Shown: piece by piece, positions 49,668 to 58,837 of the stretch
Layout: each line of letters opens with the position of its first letter
How positions within the stretch are numbered: the first letter of the stretch is position 1
Assembly (NCBI GenBank): GCA_963702095.1
Contig: OY969706.1
Span: 1,120,001 to 1,184,000 of the forward strand
Source: Candidatus Bathyarchaeota archaeon
GTDB taxonomy: Archaea; Thermoproteota; Bathyarchaeia; Bathyarchaeales; Bathycorpusculaceae
Reading direction: 5' to 3'
Length of the DNA: 64,000 nt
Notes under the pieces: generated by a model
Seen by the model: only the letters and a program-made list of their open reading frames with translations
What the model was told of the DNA's origin: nothing
Database searches by the model: none
Program-made: the position numbers and the translations under genes

Positions 49668-49798
49668 TTTTTCTAGTGTTAGAAGAAGAGAGTGTTGTTC
49701 TTGCTCATCATTTTTCAGTGAGTTGTTTGGGCGATTGCTTTTTTGTGTCTGCGTCGGTGTCGGGTTGCAGGCTGGTTGAGACTGATCCCACAAGCTGA
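49668..49798 (-). repeat. Repeat family A, copy 5
   Basis: Reverse complement differs from 63154..63283 at about 2 positions. Confidence 0.92.
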
Positions 49799-49917
49799 TG
49801 GCGATATAGGGCTTATTTTTCGGCGATTACTCGACGTATATACAAAAATTTATACATATACAAATTTGTATATTTGTTACCGAAATACTGTATTTCAGGT
49901 CCTTTTTCAGAAAGTGG

Positions 49918-50142
49918 TCAGAATTTTTCCTTTTTTGCCGCCGCCAATTCTTCAAGGATAACTAATGCTTCTCCAAGCGGCATACCCAGCCGCTCCGACA
50001 ACTCCGTGGCGGAGACATCGGCGTTTGACGGTAAAATCGTGTCGCGGATGTAGGCTTTGTGGGTGGGGTACATGACTGAGGCGTGGACGGTTTCAACAAG
50101 CAACTGCCAAAGCTTCTCTTTGCTGTATTCTTCCAGATTCAT
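49918..50142 (-). CDS. Small hypothetical protein (HTH-like C-terminus)
   Basis: GGTGA RBS; MYPTHKAY; ELSERLGMPLGEALVIL. Confidence 0.7.
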   Translation of the reverse strand: MNLEEYSKEKLWQLLVETVHASVMYPTHKAYIRDTILPSNADVSATELSERLGMPLGEALVILEELAAAKKEKF

Positions 50143-50227
50143 TTCTGATTCACCGATTACCTGTGTAGTTAACGGTCCTTGGATAAAAACAGTAAAGATA
50201 AATCTGCCTATCACTGCTAAGATATAA

Positions 50228-51208
50228 GTGATAATTTTGAAAGCCGCAGTTTACCGTGGACCACACAACATAAAAATCGAAGAAGTCCCAGAACCAGAAG
50301 TTAAAGGCAGCCGCATACCTGTCCATTTCAAGGCAGGCAGCATCTGCGGAACCGACATGCACTTCTACCGCGGAGACTGGAAATGGATGAAACGGGGCAG
50401 AATCATGGGGCATGACGCCTGCGGAGTCCGCGACGACACCGGTGAACGGGTGGTCATGGTTCCCATCGCTAACTGTGGACACTGCTACTTCTGCCTCCGC
50501 GGGTTACCCACCTACTGCTTACACGGCAAATTCTACGGTCTAACAAGAGACGGCTTCTTTGCGGAGTCCAAAGCCATGCTGCCCCGCAGCCTCATCCCCG
50601 TCCCCGACAACGTCAGCGACGAGGAAGCGGCGGTTGTGGAGCCTGTGGCGTTGGCGCTTCGCGTGCTTAATAATTTGCAGCCTAACTTGGGCGACTGGGT
50701 CACAGTGGTGGGGCAGGGCGCGATTGGCTTGTTGATGACGCAGGTTGCGTTGATGAAGGGTTGCCGAGTCATCGCTGTAGACGTTGAGGATTACCGTTTG
50801 GAGCTCTCGGAGAAGTATGGGGCGGACGCGGTGATTAACGCTAAAACGATGGATGTGCCCAAAACCGTGCGTAAACTTACCCAGATGGGCTCGGATTTTG
50901 TGGTTGAAGCCGCGGGAACCCAGCAGACGGTGGAGCAGACGCCGTTTTTGGTGCGTAAAGCAGGCAAAGTAGCGTTGATCGGCGAGTCGAAGGGTTACTT
51001 GAATTTGGAGGATGCAGATGAAGCAGAATTTTCTACGATGTATATTTCGCCTGTTGAGTATCCGGCGGCGGTGGAGTTGATTGCCCGTGGGCTTGTGGAT
51101 GTGAAAGGGCTGGTTACGCACAGGTTTAGGCTCGACGAATTCGAGAAGGCGCTGGAAACCGTTGATACCCCCGGGGAAAAAGCTCTTAAAGTGGTTATCA
51201 CCGCATAG
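50228..51208 (+). CDS. Zinc-dependent alcohol dehydrogenase family protein
   Basis: ICGTDMH, GHD, CGHCYFC..G..TYC, GQGAIG. Confidence 0.9.
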   Translation: MIILKAAVYRGPHNIKIEEVPEPEVKGSRIPVHFKAGSICGTDMHFYRGDWKWMKRGRIMGHDACGVRDDTGERVVMVPIANCGHCYFCLRGLPTYCLHGKFYGLTRDGFFAESKAMLPRSLIPVPDNVSDEEAAVVEPVALALRVLNNLQPNLGDWVTVVGQGAIGLLMTQVALMKGCRVIAVDVEDYRLELSEKYGADAVINAKTMDVPKTVRKLTQMGSDFVVEAAGTQQTVEQTPFLVRKAGKVALIGESKGYLNLEDADEAEFSTMYISPVEYPAAVELIARGLVDVKGLVTHRFRLDEFEKALETVDTPGEKALKVVITA

Positions 51209-51290
51209 CTAAGTGCTTGACCACAAAGTATATTTCTTTTAGCGCTGTGTAAACCCCGAATCCTCGGAGCGATACAGGGAGCTAAGCACA

Positions 51291-51971
51291 ATGCCCGTTG
51301 AAGCAGTTATATTCGATTTAGATGGAACACTTTCCAGCTTTAACCTAGACTACAAAGCCCTCCGCGGAGACGTCAGAGAATACCTCATGAAGGTAGGGGT
51401 TCCCGCATCGGTTCTCAAAGTCAACGAAAGCATCTTTGACATGCTATCGAAAGTAGAGATTTACTTCAAAAACAACAGCAAAAACAACCAAGCCTTCGAG
51501 AAAGCCCGCGCTCAATGTTTAGCTTTAGCCGAAAAGTACGAGTTAGAAGCAGCTGCCACAGCAAACTTGTTATCGGGCGCTTTGGAAACGCTTAAAGAGT
51601 TAAAGAAGATGAACCTCAAATTGGCGTTGTGTACTACCAGCAGTGAGGCAGCCGCCAACTATATTCTTGATCGCTTTAGAATCGTCGATTATTTCCAAGT
51701 GGTTGTTGCCCGCAACAAGGTGAAACGTGTTAAACCGGACCCTGAACAGTTCATGCTGGCACTAAAAACTTTGGGTGTACACGCGAAATCAGCGGTTATA
51801 GTTGGAGACAGCACCGTTGACATGGAGAGCGCCAAAGAACTCAAAGCCATCGCCGTCGGGTTACCCAGAGAGTATTCGACATCGGAGCAGTTGATGAGTC
51901 ACGGAGCAAACTACCTCATAACATCCTTAACTGACTTGCCCATACTTGTAAAAGAATTAAATAAAGAGTAG
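51291..51971 (+). CDS. HAD family hydrolase
   Basis: IFDLDGT, KPDP, VGDS..D. Confidence 0.92.
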   Translation: MPVEAVIFDLDGTLSSFNLDYKALRGDVREYLMKVGVPASVLKVNESIFDMLSKVEIYFKNNSKNNQAFEKARAQCLALAEKYELEAAATANLLSGALETLKELKKMNLKLALCTTSSEAAANYILDRFRIVDYFQVVVARNKVKRVKPDPEQFMLALKTLGVHAKSAVIVGDSTVDMESAKELKAIAVGLPREYSTSEQLMSHGANYLITSLTDLPILVKELNKE

Positions 51972-51972
51972 A

Positions 51973-54900
51973 TTAAGCGGCGGTTACTACGCCGTCGTCT
52001 TTACAGACCAACTTCCGCTCCCTGACCATCCGCTTGAGCACTTCTTGGAAACTTTGTTTTGCATCTTCACCTGAGTGGTTTATGCCAAATACTCTGGCGG
52101 TTTCAGAAATCAACGAGTCATCGCTTATGCCCAACGCGTACTGAGCCACCTGCGTCATCGCCGCTTCAACTTCTTCAGGGGCGATGTATTGGGGTTTGCG
52201 TTTGGATTCGGGGATGCCCTGCATTGGAACGCGGATGGGGGTTTCTTTGATTCCCACTGGCCAGAGGAAGCTGCCTTTGAGAGTGACTTTTTGTTCGCGG
52301 AGCAGGTTGTTTAGGGCTTCGCGGACGGCGTGGCCGATTTTGGGCGTTACCTGTTTTATGCCCCATGTTGTCGCTAACCGTTCCACGGCGTAGTCAAAGT
52401 GGACTGGGCCTTCGTTGACTATGAGTTCATAGAGGAGTTTGGTTTGGTTTTCGCGGTTTTTGGGGAAGTGGAACTCGTTTTTTTGCTTCGAATTCACGGT
52501 GGTTCTGCCGGTGGTAACTCTGATGTAGGGGTCATATGTTGCCTTCAGGGGGTAGACTTTGTAGGGGACACCGAGTTTTTCTATGCCAGCATACTGGTTT
52601 TTCTGTACGTCTGTGGCTGGTGGAGCGATGGGTTTTTGGCTGTCTTTTTCGATTTGCTGCACCTGCGCCTGTTCGATGGCGTCTTTTAAGCGGCGGATTT
52701 CACTGTCGCGTCTAGCAACCCAAGCGGGTGCCCAGATGCGGTGAATGCGCCAGCCCAGTTGCCGCAGAACCTGTTCACGGAGGCGGTCTCGGTCGCGGGC
52801 GCTGCTGCTGGATTGGTAGGTTGCGCCGTCACATTCAACGCCCAACAAGTAGCAGCCTTTATTGACTGGGTCTACGACGCCTATGTCAATTTTGTAGCCG
52901 CTACAACCCACTTCAGGAACCACTTCGTAGCCGAGTTTTTTGATTTCGTTGGCGACGTCTTCGTCGAGTGCTGAGTCGAAGGCGCCTTGTCTGCATTTGG
53001 ATTTGATGCTGTCAGCTCCGTGCTCGGCGTAGTCGAGGTAGGTACGCAGAGTCTGCACGCCTAGGGCTTGTGCGTCTGGGTCCATGTCGGAGCCTTTGAT
53101 GGATGTGATTAGCAAAACTTTTTCTCTTGCGCGAGTGACTGCAACGTTTAGGCGGCGTTCTCCTCCGGGCTTGTTTAGAGGTCCGAAGTTCATGGTGATT
53201 TGGTGGTTCGAGTCATAGCCGTAGCCGACGCTAAAGAAGATGACGTCGCGTTCGTCTCCCTGCACGTTTTCAAGGTTCTTGACAAAGAAGCCGTTGATGC
53301 GGTCCTCTTTGAAGAACTGTTCGAATTCGGGGTGGTCTTTGAGGCGGCGGTCTATGGCTTCCTGCACCGCATCCATCTGCGCAATGCTGAAGGTGACGAC
53401 TCCGAGGGTTTTTTTGGGGTAGTTTTTGAAGTGTTCAAAGACGAGGTCAGCGACTTTTTCGGCTTCCACGGGGTTGTCGCGTTTGCCGCCTCGGTCATAT
53501 ACGCCGTCGGGGACGTAGATGAGTTTGACGCCTAAACTGTCCGTTTCGGCTTTTGCGGCGGGGAAAGTGATCATGGTGTCGTCGTAGAATCGGTGGTTCG
53601 AAAACGCTATGAGCCCTTCGTGTTTGCTTCGGTAATGCCACTTAAGCGTCTTCACGGGTAACCCGATGCCTAAGCATTCGTCTAGGATACTGTCGAAGAC
53701 TTCTACGTCTTCGTCGCTTAGTTCATCCCAGTCTTTGTCGTCTAGGAGGTTCTTTTGGAAGAACGAGGTGGGCGGAAGCTGTTTGTTATCGCCTGCAACC
53801 ACGATGGTTTTGCCCCGGTAGATGGCGCTAATCGCGTCTTCGGGAACAAGCTGGGAAGCTTCGTCGAAGAGGACCAAGTCAAATTTGGTGTCAGCCGGTA
53901 GGAACTGGCTTACAGAGAGGGGACTCATAAGCAGGCAGGGTTTGAGTTTGACGAGTAAGTTGGGGATTTTCTGGAATAGCATGCGCAGGGGCATGAGGCG
54001 ACGTTTTTTGGCGGCTTCTTTGCTTAAGATGCCTGCTTCTGCGTCGGCGGCTTGGATGAGGATGTCTTGGGGTTTGCGTCCGTTGGCAGCGTCGATAACC
54101 ATGCCTGATGTGAGGTGAATCATTTCTTGGTCAAGCGCTTTGAAGTCGGCTATGCGTTGCTCATGGTTCTCGCGTCTGAAGCTGCCCATTTTTTGGTCTT
54201 CGTTGTAGAGGTTGTTTATCCATTCCTGATAGACGCTCTTGCGGAAAACCTGCAGTAAATCAGCTGCGGGCAGCTTCTGCTCGGCGAGGCGGTTAAAGAA
54301 GGGGTCTAAGCCGCGTAGGGTGAAGCGGTTTTTGACGTCTTTGTAGTCAATCCACACCTGCAAGTCATCTACTCGGTCACGCAGCGCTTGGATACGTTCC
54401 TCTATGGTGCTAATTTCCAGCGTTTTAAGCGGTTGGTTTTGGTAGCGCATCTCGCGGTCAAAACGTTTTTCAAAGTCCGATAGCACCTTAAGGGAAGCAT
54501 CGCGCCTCTTTACAAGTTCAGTGTTTGCTGGAGCTGCATCGGGTCCTTTGGCGGCGATTTCCGCGTATGCCTGTGGCACGGGGAGGTCTTCGAATGCCAA
54601 CTGAACCTTCACTGTCCACTCCAAAACCGAGACAATGTCTTGCCAATTAGTCTCTAACTCTAAAAAGCGGCTGCCGTATTTTTCTTGCAACTGGGCTTTT
54701 TCGCCAACGATTTGGGCTTCTTTCTTGCGGATTTCCTCGCTGTTATGGAGGTCTTCTATGAACTGCTTGTAGTTGGCGGGTTCTTTCTTCGCCACTGTGA
54801 GGGTGTCACGGGTTAATTTACAGAGGTCCAACAGAGTCTTTTCCGATTCTGCCGCCCACTCCTCGACCAGTAGCAGCGGCGTCTCAGCGAGGGCAGCCTG

Positions 54901-57660
54901 CGATTTAGGCACCGTCTGCGGCAGAAGCTCCTCAACCTCTTTGGCTTGGTGCTCCCATTTCGCCACTGACTCACGGAGTTCATCGCCCAAATTCTTAATC
55001 ATTGGCGAGGGGCTTGAGGAAGCGGTGAGGAGTTTGAGGAGGGGTTCGGGGATGGTGGTTACCCAGTTGAGTTTACGGATTTCCTCGGTTAGGGCTAATG
55101 CTTTTTCTGCGCCTTTGAAGTCGGTTCGGCTCTTGTGATAGTAATGTCCCATCAGGGCTTGGACGGTTTCGGCGGACGTCGCGATTTTTGCGGCGAGTTT
55201 GTTGACTTTGCGGGCGTCGATGAGGTCTTTTAGGACTTCTTTGGGGACTTTGCCGTCGTTGGTGACTTTGGCGATGCGTTTTTGGTCGTTGCGGTATTCG
55301 CTGTTAAAGAGTTTGATTCCGCCCTGATAGGGGCCGCTGTAGTTGGCGATGAGTGTGTCGAGGTCAAGTTCAAAGATGCCGTCAGTGTAGGTTTCGTCAA
55401 GGCGGCTTTTGAGAAGGCTGTGTTCTTGGTAGAGTTGCTTGGCTTTGTCAACGGTTTCCTTTACTTGCTCAAGATACTTGGCGTCAAACCACTGTGGTTC
55501 AGGCTTATCCTCGGCAAAACACAGCAGTGCCATGCGTGAGAGCTGTTTTAGCTGGTTTATGGTTAAGTCGGCGCTGTCCAGTCCCAGCGTTTGGGCGAGG
55601 GCTTGGGAGCTTTCACCCCACTTATGCGTTGTCAACTGGGTGTTTTTGATGAATTGGAACAGCTTTTCACGCTTGCCCAAGAGCTCGCTTTCCGCGAGGT
55701 TCTGTGTGCCCAATGCTTTGCCAACGTCGTTTACAGCCACCTGCATCTCCTGCGACCTTGTCAACACCAAGTCGAAGAGGCTGGGTTGATAGTGTTCCAT
55801 GAGGCTGGCGCGGGTGGCTTTAATCCAGTTAGTGACTTTAAGGTACGCTTTTGCCTCAGCTAACAGCTTGTCTAAGGCGGGGTTGGTTAGCCAGTGCACT
55901 TCGGGTTTTGGGCTCTTAAAAAGCAAGTTGCTAACGTCTAGCAACCACTGTATCCGCGCAAAGTTTTCGGGTGGGAACACGCCGAGTTTGGCGGAGAACT
56001 CTTCAGTTTCCAATTCGAGGTCGTGGAAGGTGGCGTTGATGGCTTCGAGTGCTGTTAAGACTTCACTGCGGATTTCAAGGTTGTACTTGTGAGCTTGGTA
56101 ACCTAGCCAAGGAAAATCGGGTTCTTCAACGACCTGCCAGACCTTGCTGAGTTGGGAAACAAGTTCTTCGAGTTCCCGCATCTTCTGCGGTGTAAGCGTA
56201 CCCAACTCCGTCAAACCCACAGGCACAAACGGCACCCGCTCCAAACTGCAAATTATACTCAACACCTCGTAGACGCTACGCTGCAGGTAGGGACGCCTCT
56301 CATGCAACGCGGCGACGTAGCCGTTGAGTGCGTCGCGGTACTCGGTTAAACGGTCAAATTCGTGGGCGGAGGGCAGTTTGCGTGGGACAAGGTTTTCGTC
56401 GAGGCTGCGTTTGAGTTCTGCCACGACCTGTTGTTTGTTGGCTTTGCTGCTGTGCATTTCTAAGCAGAAATGTGCTAAGCTGACTTCGCTTAGGCGTTTG
56501 TAGACGACTTCAAGCGCCGCCATCTTGTCGCTGACGAAGAGCACGCTTTTGCCGTTGGCGATGCACTCCGCTATGATGTTGGCGATGGTTTGGCTTTTGC
56601 CCGTGCCCGGCGGACCTTTCATCACGAAGCTTTGCCCACGGAGGGCGTATTCGATGCTTAGGCGTTGGCTGCTGTCTGCGTCGAGCACCTGGTAGGTTTT
56701 GGCTGGCAACTCGACTTTGTCCACGTCTTTCTCTTCGGGGAGCCCTGTTAAGAGGAGGTTTTCTTCTTTGATGCCTGCGATGGCACGGATGATTGGGTGC
56801 TGAGTTACCAGGGCAGCGTTGGATTCGAGGTCTTTGTAGATGACCAGTTTTTGGAAGGAGAACAATCCGAGGGCGGTTAAGCATTCGGTTTTCCAGCCCA
56901 TCTCCGAGAGTGCTGCTTCAACTTGGCTGTAGTAATCGCTTAGTTTTTGTTCCTCCCATTCTTCAGGCAGCGGGGGCAAGTCAAGTTTGAAGTCATTCTT
57001 CAACTTCGCCACCAACGCTGGGTTAAGCACCGCCTCGTCTTCAACAGGCGGCACAGTGATGCTGTAGGGGGCGCGGATGGTTTCTTTGCCAAGCTCCAAT
57101 GGCACCAAAATCAGGGGCGACTGAACCTTTTCTTTGGTCTCTGCGTCCACCCAGTTCAAGACGCCGAAAGCAGCGTAGAGGATGCGGACGCCTCTTTCAC
57201 GGTAATCGAGCAGTGAACGGCGTTCGAGGGCTTTTAGGGCGCGGTCGAGTTCCAGGTGGGTAAGGTTGCCGCAGACCAGTTGGTTTGCGCCGGGTTTTTT
57301 AGGTGCCTCTTCTACGGTGGCGGCTCGGACTGGGGCTTGGGCGGTTTTAGCTTCAGGTTTAGCCGAGGCTTTTTGTTTGCCTTTAACGTTTTTGCCTTTC
57401 GCCTTCGGCTTCTCCTCAGCTTTCTCTGCCTTGGGAGCTTTAGCTTCAGGCGGAAGGTAAAATTCAAGGCGGCTCTTCTTTACCACTAGGCCGTCAAAAA
57501 TCTTTTGAGAATCTGGTTGAGTGATTGGGAGGTTGCCGTGTTTTTCTTTGCGGAAGTAAAGCAGGTTGTTTTTGCGGGATAAATCGATGAGTCTGGATTT
57601 CCAGTCTTCGACGCGTTTCATGGGTGAAGAGACAGGTGTAGGTTCGGTAAGTTCAGTCAT
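51973..57660 (-). CDS. DUF4011 / SF1 (Upf1-like) helicase / Vsr-like nuclease / DUF3320 protein
   Basis: WKSRLIDLSRKNNLL, DADSSQ, GPPGTGKSQT, FDEASQ, GDNKQLPP, HYRS, VQGDERD, RRLNVAVTRA, KIDIGV..GVECDG..ARDRDR. Confidence 0.9.
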   Translation of the reverse strand: MTELTEPTPVSSPMKRVEDWKSRLIDLSRKNNLLYFRKEKHGNLPITQPDSQKIFDGLVVKKSRLEFYLPPEAKAPKAEKAEEKPKAKGKNVKGKQKASAKPEAKTAQAPVRAATVEEAPKKPGANQLVCGNLTHLELDRALKALERRSLLDYRERGVRILYAAFGVLNWVDAETKEKVQSPLILVPLELGKETIRAPYSITVPPVEDEAVLNPALVAKLKNDFKLDLPPLPEEWEEQKLSDYYSQVEAALSEMGWKTECLTALGLFSFQKLVIYKDLESNAALVTQHPIIRAIAGIKEENLLLTGLPEEKDVDKVELPAKTYQVLDADSSQRLSIEYALRGQSFVMKGPPGTGKSQTIANIIAECIANGKSVLFVSDKMAALEVVYKRLSEVSLAHFCLEMHSSKANKQQVVAELKRSLDENLVPRKLPSAHEFDRLTEYRDALNGYVAALHERRPYLQRSVYEVLSIICSLERVPFVPVGLTELGTLTPQKMRELEELVSQLSKVWQVVEEPDFPWLGYQAHKYNLEIRSEVLTALEAINATFHDLELETEEFSAKLGVFPPENFARIQWLLDVSNLLFKSPKPEVHWLTNPALDKLLAEAKAYLKVTNWIKATRASLMEHYQPSLFDLVLTRSQEMQVAVNDVGKALGTQNLAESELLGKREKLFQFIKNTQLTTHKWGESSQALAQTLGLDSADLTINQLKQLSRMALLCFAEDKPEPQWFDAKYLEQVKETVDKAKQLYQEHSLLKSRLDETYTDGIFELDLDTLIANYSGPYQGGIKLFNSEYRNDQKRIAKVTNDGKVPKEVLKDLIDARKVNKLAAKIATSAETVQALMGHYYHKSRTDFKGAEKALALTEEIRKLNWVTTIPEPLLKLLTASSSPSPMIKNLGDELRESVAKWEHQAKEVEELLPQTVPKSQAALAETPLLLVEEWAAESEKTLLDLCKLTRDTLTVAKKEPANYKQFIEDLHNSEEIRKKEAQIVGEKAQLQEKYGSRFLELETNWQDIVSVLEWTVKVQLAFEDLPVPQAYAEIAAKGPDAAPANTELVKRRDASLKVLSDFEKRFDREMRYQNQPLKTLEISTIEERIQALRDRVDDLQVWIDYKDVKNRFTLRGLDPFFNRLAEQKLPAADLLQVFRKSVYQEWINNLYNEDQKMGSFRRENHEQRIADFKALDQEMIHLTSGMVIDAANGRKPQDILIQAADAEAGILSKEAAKKRRLMPLRMLFQKIPNLLVKLKPCLLMSPLSVSQFLPADTKFDLVLFDEASQLVPEDAISAIYRGKTIVVAGDNKQLPPTSFFQKNLLDDKDWDELSDEDVEVFDSILDECLGIGLPVKTLKWHYRSKHEGLIAFSNHRFYDDTMITFPAAKAETDSLGVKLIYVPDGVYDRGGKRDNPVEAEKVADLVFEHFKNYPKKTLGVVTFSIAQMDAVQEAIDRRLKDHPEFEQFFKEDRINGFFVKNLENVQGDERDVIFFSVGYGYDSNHQITMNFGPLNKPGGERRLNVAVTRAREKVLLITSIKGSDMDPDAQALGVQTLRTYLDYAEHGADSIKSKCRQGAFDSALDEDVANEIKKLGYEVVPEVGCSGYKIDIGVVDPVNKGCYLLGVECDGATYQSSSSARDRDRLREQVLRQLGWRIHRIWAPAWVARRDSEIRRLKDAIEQAQVQQIEKDSQKPIAPPATDVQKNQYAGIEKLGVPYKVYPLKATYDPYIRVTTGRTTVNSKQKNEFHFPKNRENQTKLLYELIVNEGPVHFDYAVERLATTWGIKQVTPKIGHAVREALNNLLREQKVTLKGSFLWPVGIKETPIRVPMQGIPESKRKPQYIAPEEVEAAMTQVAQYALGISDDSLISETARVFGINHSGEDAKQSFQEVLKRMVRERKLVCKDDGVVTAA

Positions 57661-57786
57661 GAAAGCCACATCCGAAAGGTACAGGTAAGCTATTGTATAC
57701 ATCATTCTTTAACATTTGCGGTTTTTCCGCTGAGCCCAAACAATCAGTTACCCAAGTTTAGATGTAGAAAAGAAGCAGTTGATGCG

Positions 57787-58401
57787 TTAAGCATGGGAGA
57801 TTGCATCTAAAACCGCCGATAAAACGCCATCGCAGCCGATTCTGCGGGTTTCGAGCACTTCGAGGTTCATGCCCGACTTCTCGATGTCTTCCTTTAGCTT
57901 GTCCGCGTTGCCCACGGTGTCAAGCAACACGACGCCTTTGATGCCGCTAAACATCTCATCGTCCACGCCTTGACGCCTAAGGTTCTCCCGCATATCCTCA
58001 AAGAAGTCCACCATGCCAGGCCCCATAAACATCAAGTTATGGTTCGGATCAACATCCAGCGATTTTCCGGCTCCGCCCATCTGGCAGTCGATACAGTTGA
58101 GCGCGTCCACCTTGGCGACGCCGTATTCCTGCACCAGCTTCTTCATTTCACCGTCTTGCCCCAGGCAGAGGTCACCGTAGACCAAGACGATTTTGCCCTT
58201 AAACCTGCCTTTGGTGTGCCCGAGCATTTTTCGCAGGTTGCTTTCTAGCAAGGCATAGTCAACGTGGAAGTTTTTGCTTACAAACACCAACTCAGCGTCC
58301 AGTTTGCCCTCTTTTTTTAGTTGCTCAAGCTCTTTGCGCAGTACGCTGCAGCTAACTATGCAAACGGATGGTTTCTGTGTTGAAGCCATAAAGTTCAGCA
58401 A
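57787..58401 (-). CDS. DUF1638 domain protein
   Basis: IVSCSVL..E, H, IVLVYGDLC, NCID. Confidence 0.75.
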   Translation of the reverse strand: MLNFMASTQKPSVCIVSCSVLRKELEQLKKEGKLDAELVFVSKNFHVDYALLESNLRKMLGHTKGRFKGKIVLVYGDLCLGQDGEMKKLVQEYGVAKVDALNCIDCQMGGAGKSLDVDPNHNLMFMGPGMVDFFEDMRENLRRQGVDDEMFSGIKGVVLLDTVGNADKLKEDIEKSGMNLEVLETRRIGCDGVLSAVLDAISHA

Positions 58402-58778
58402 GGAATAGTCTGGGTTTGATTGCAGATAGCTTTTTCTTTGAAGCCCAAAAACTTAATCAAGCATACAAGCATTATCTTGGTTGGTGAGGACTCTGCGGAT
58501 GGTTGGGGTTTTTCCTCTCTTCCTGAAAATTGAGGTTTACTTTCAGCCGCCTAAGCAGAGAAACCTCGCCATTTAGTTATCAGAGGAGTTGAATAGGATA
58601 GTCTTTTGGCTGCAGTTTTTTGTATTGTGTTTGTTTGCCTGCGGTTATGCAGATGGCTTTCCTGAGTCCGGCTATTGCAACGGGGAGAACGTCGTAGAAG
58701 ACGATTTTTCCTTCACAAGCTACTTTTGAGCGGGTTGGCGCGGCATAAACAAGTGGCACCCAATGGAGAGAAAATAGG

Positions 58779-58826
58779 GAATGCCCGAGCGTTTGAAACT
58801 AAAGTAGCACCCCTGTGAAGGGTTTT
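58779..58826 (+). repeat. Degenerate core of element C
   Basis: GAATGCCCGA...AGCACCCCTGTGAAGGGTTTT vs GAATGCCTGA...AGAACCCCTTTGAGGGTTTT; AGACGATTTTTC also at 58699. Confidence 0.4.
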
Positions 58827-58837
58827 CTTAACGCGGT

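Noticed and set aside
52059-57489. Many plus-strand ORFs opposite the helicase (and similar shadows of other long genes)
   Set aside because: Antisense shadow ORFs without motifs.
58770-58820. AATAGGGAA resembling a cobalamin riboswitch start near DUF1638
   Set aside because: Wrong strand for that gene, and the downstream conserved riboswitch elements are missing.
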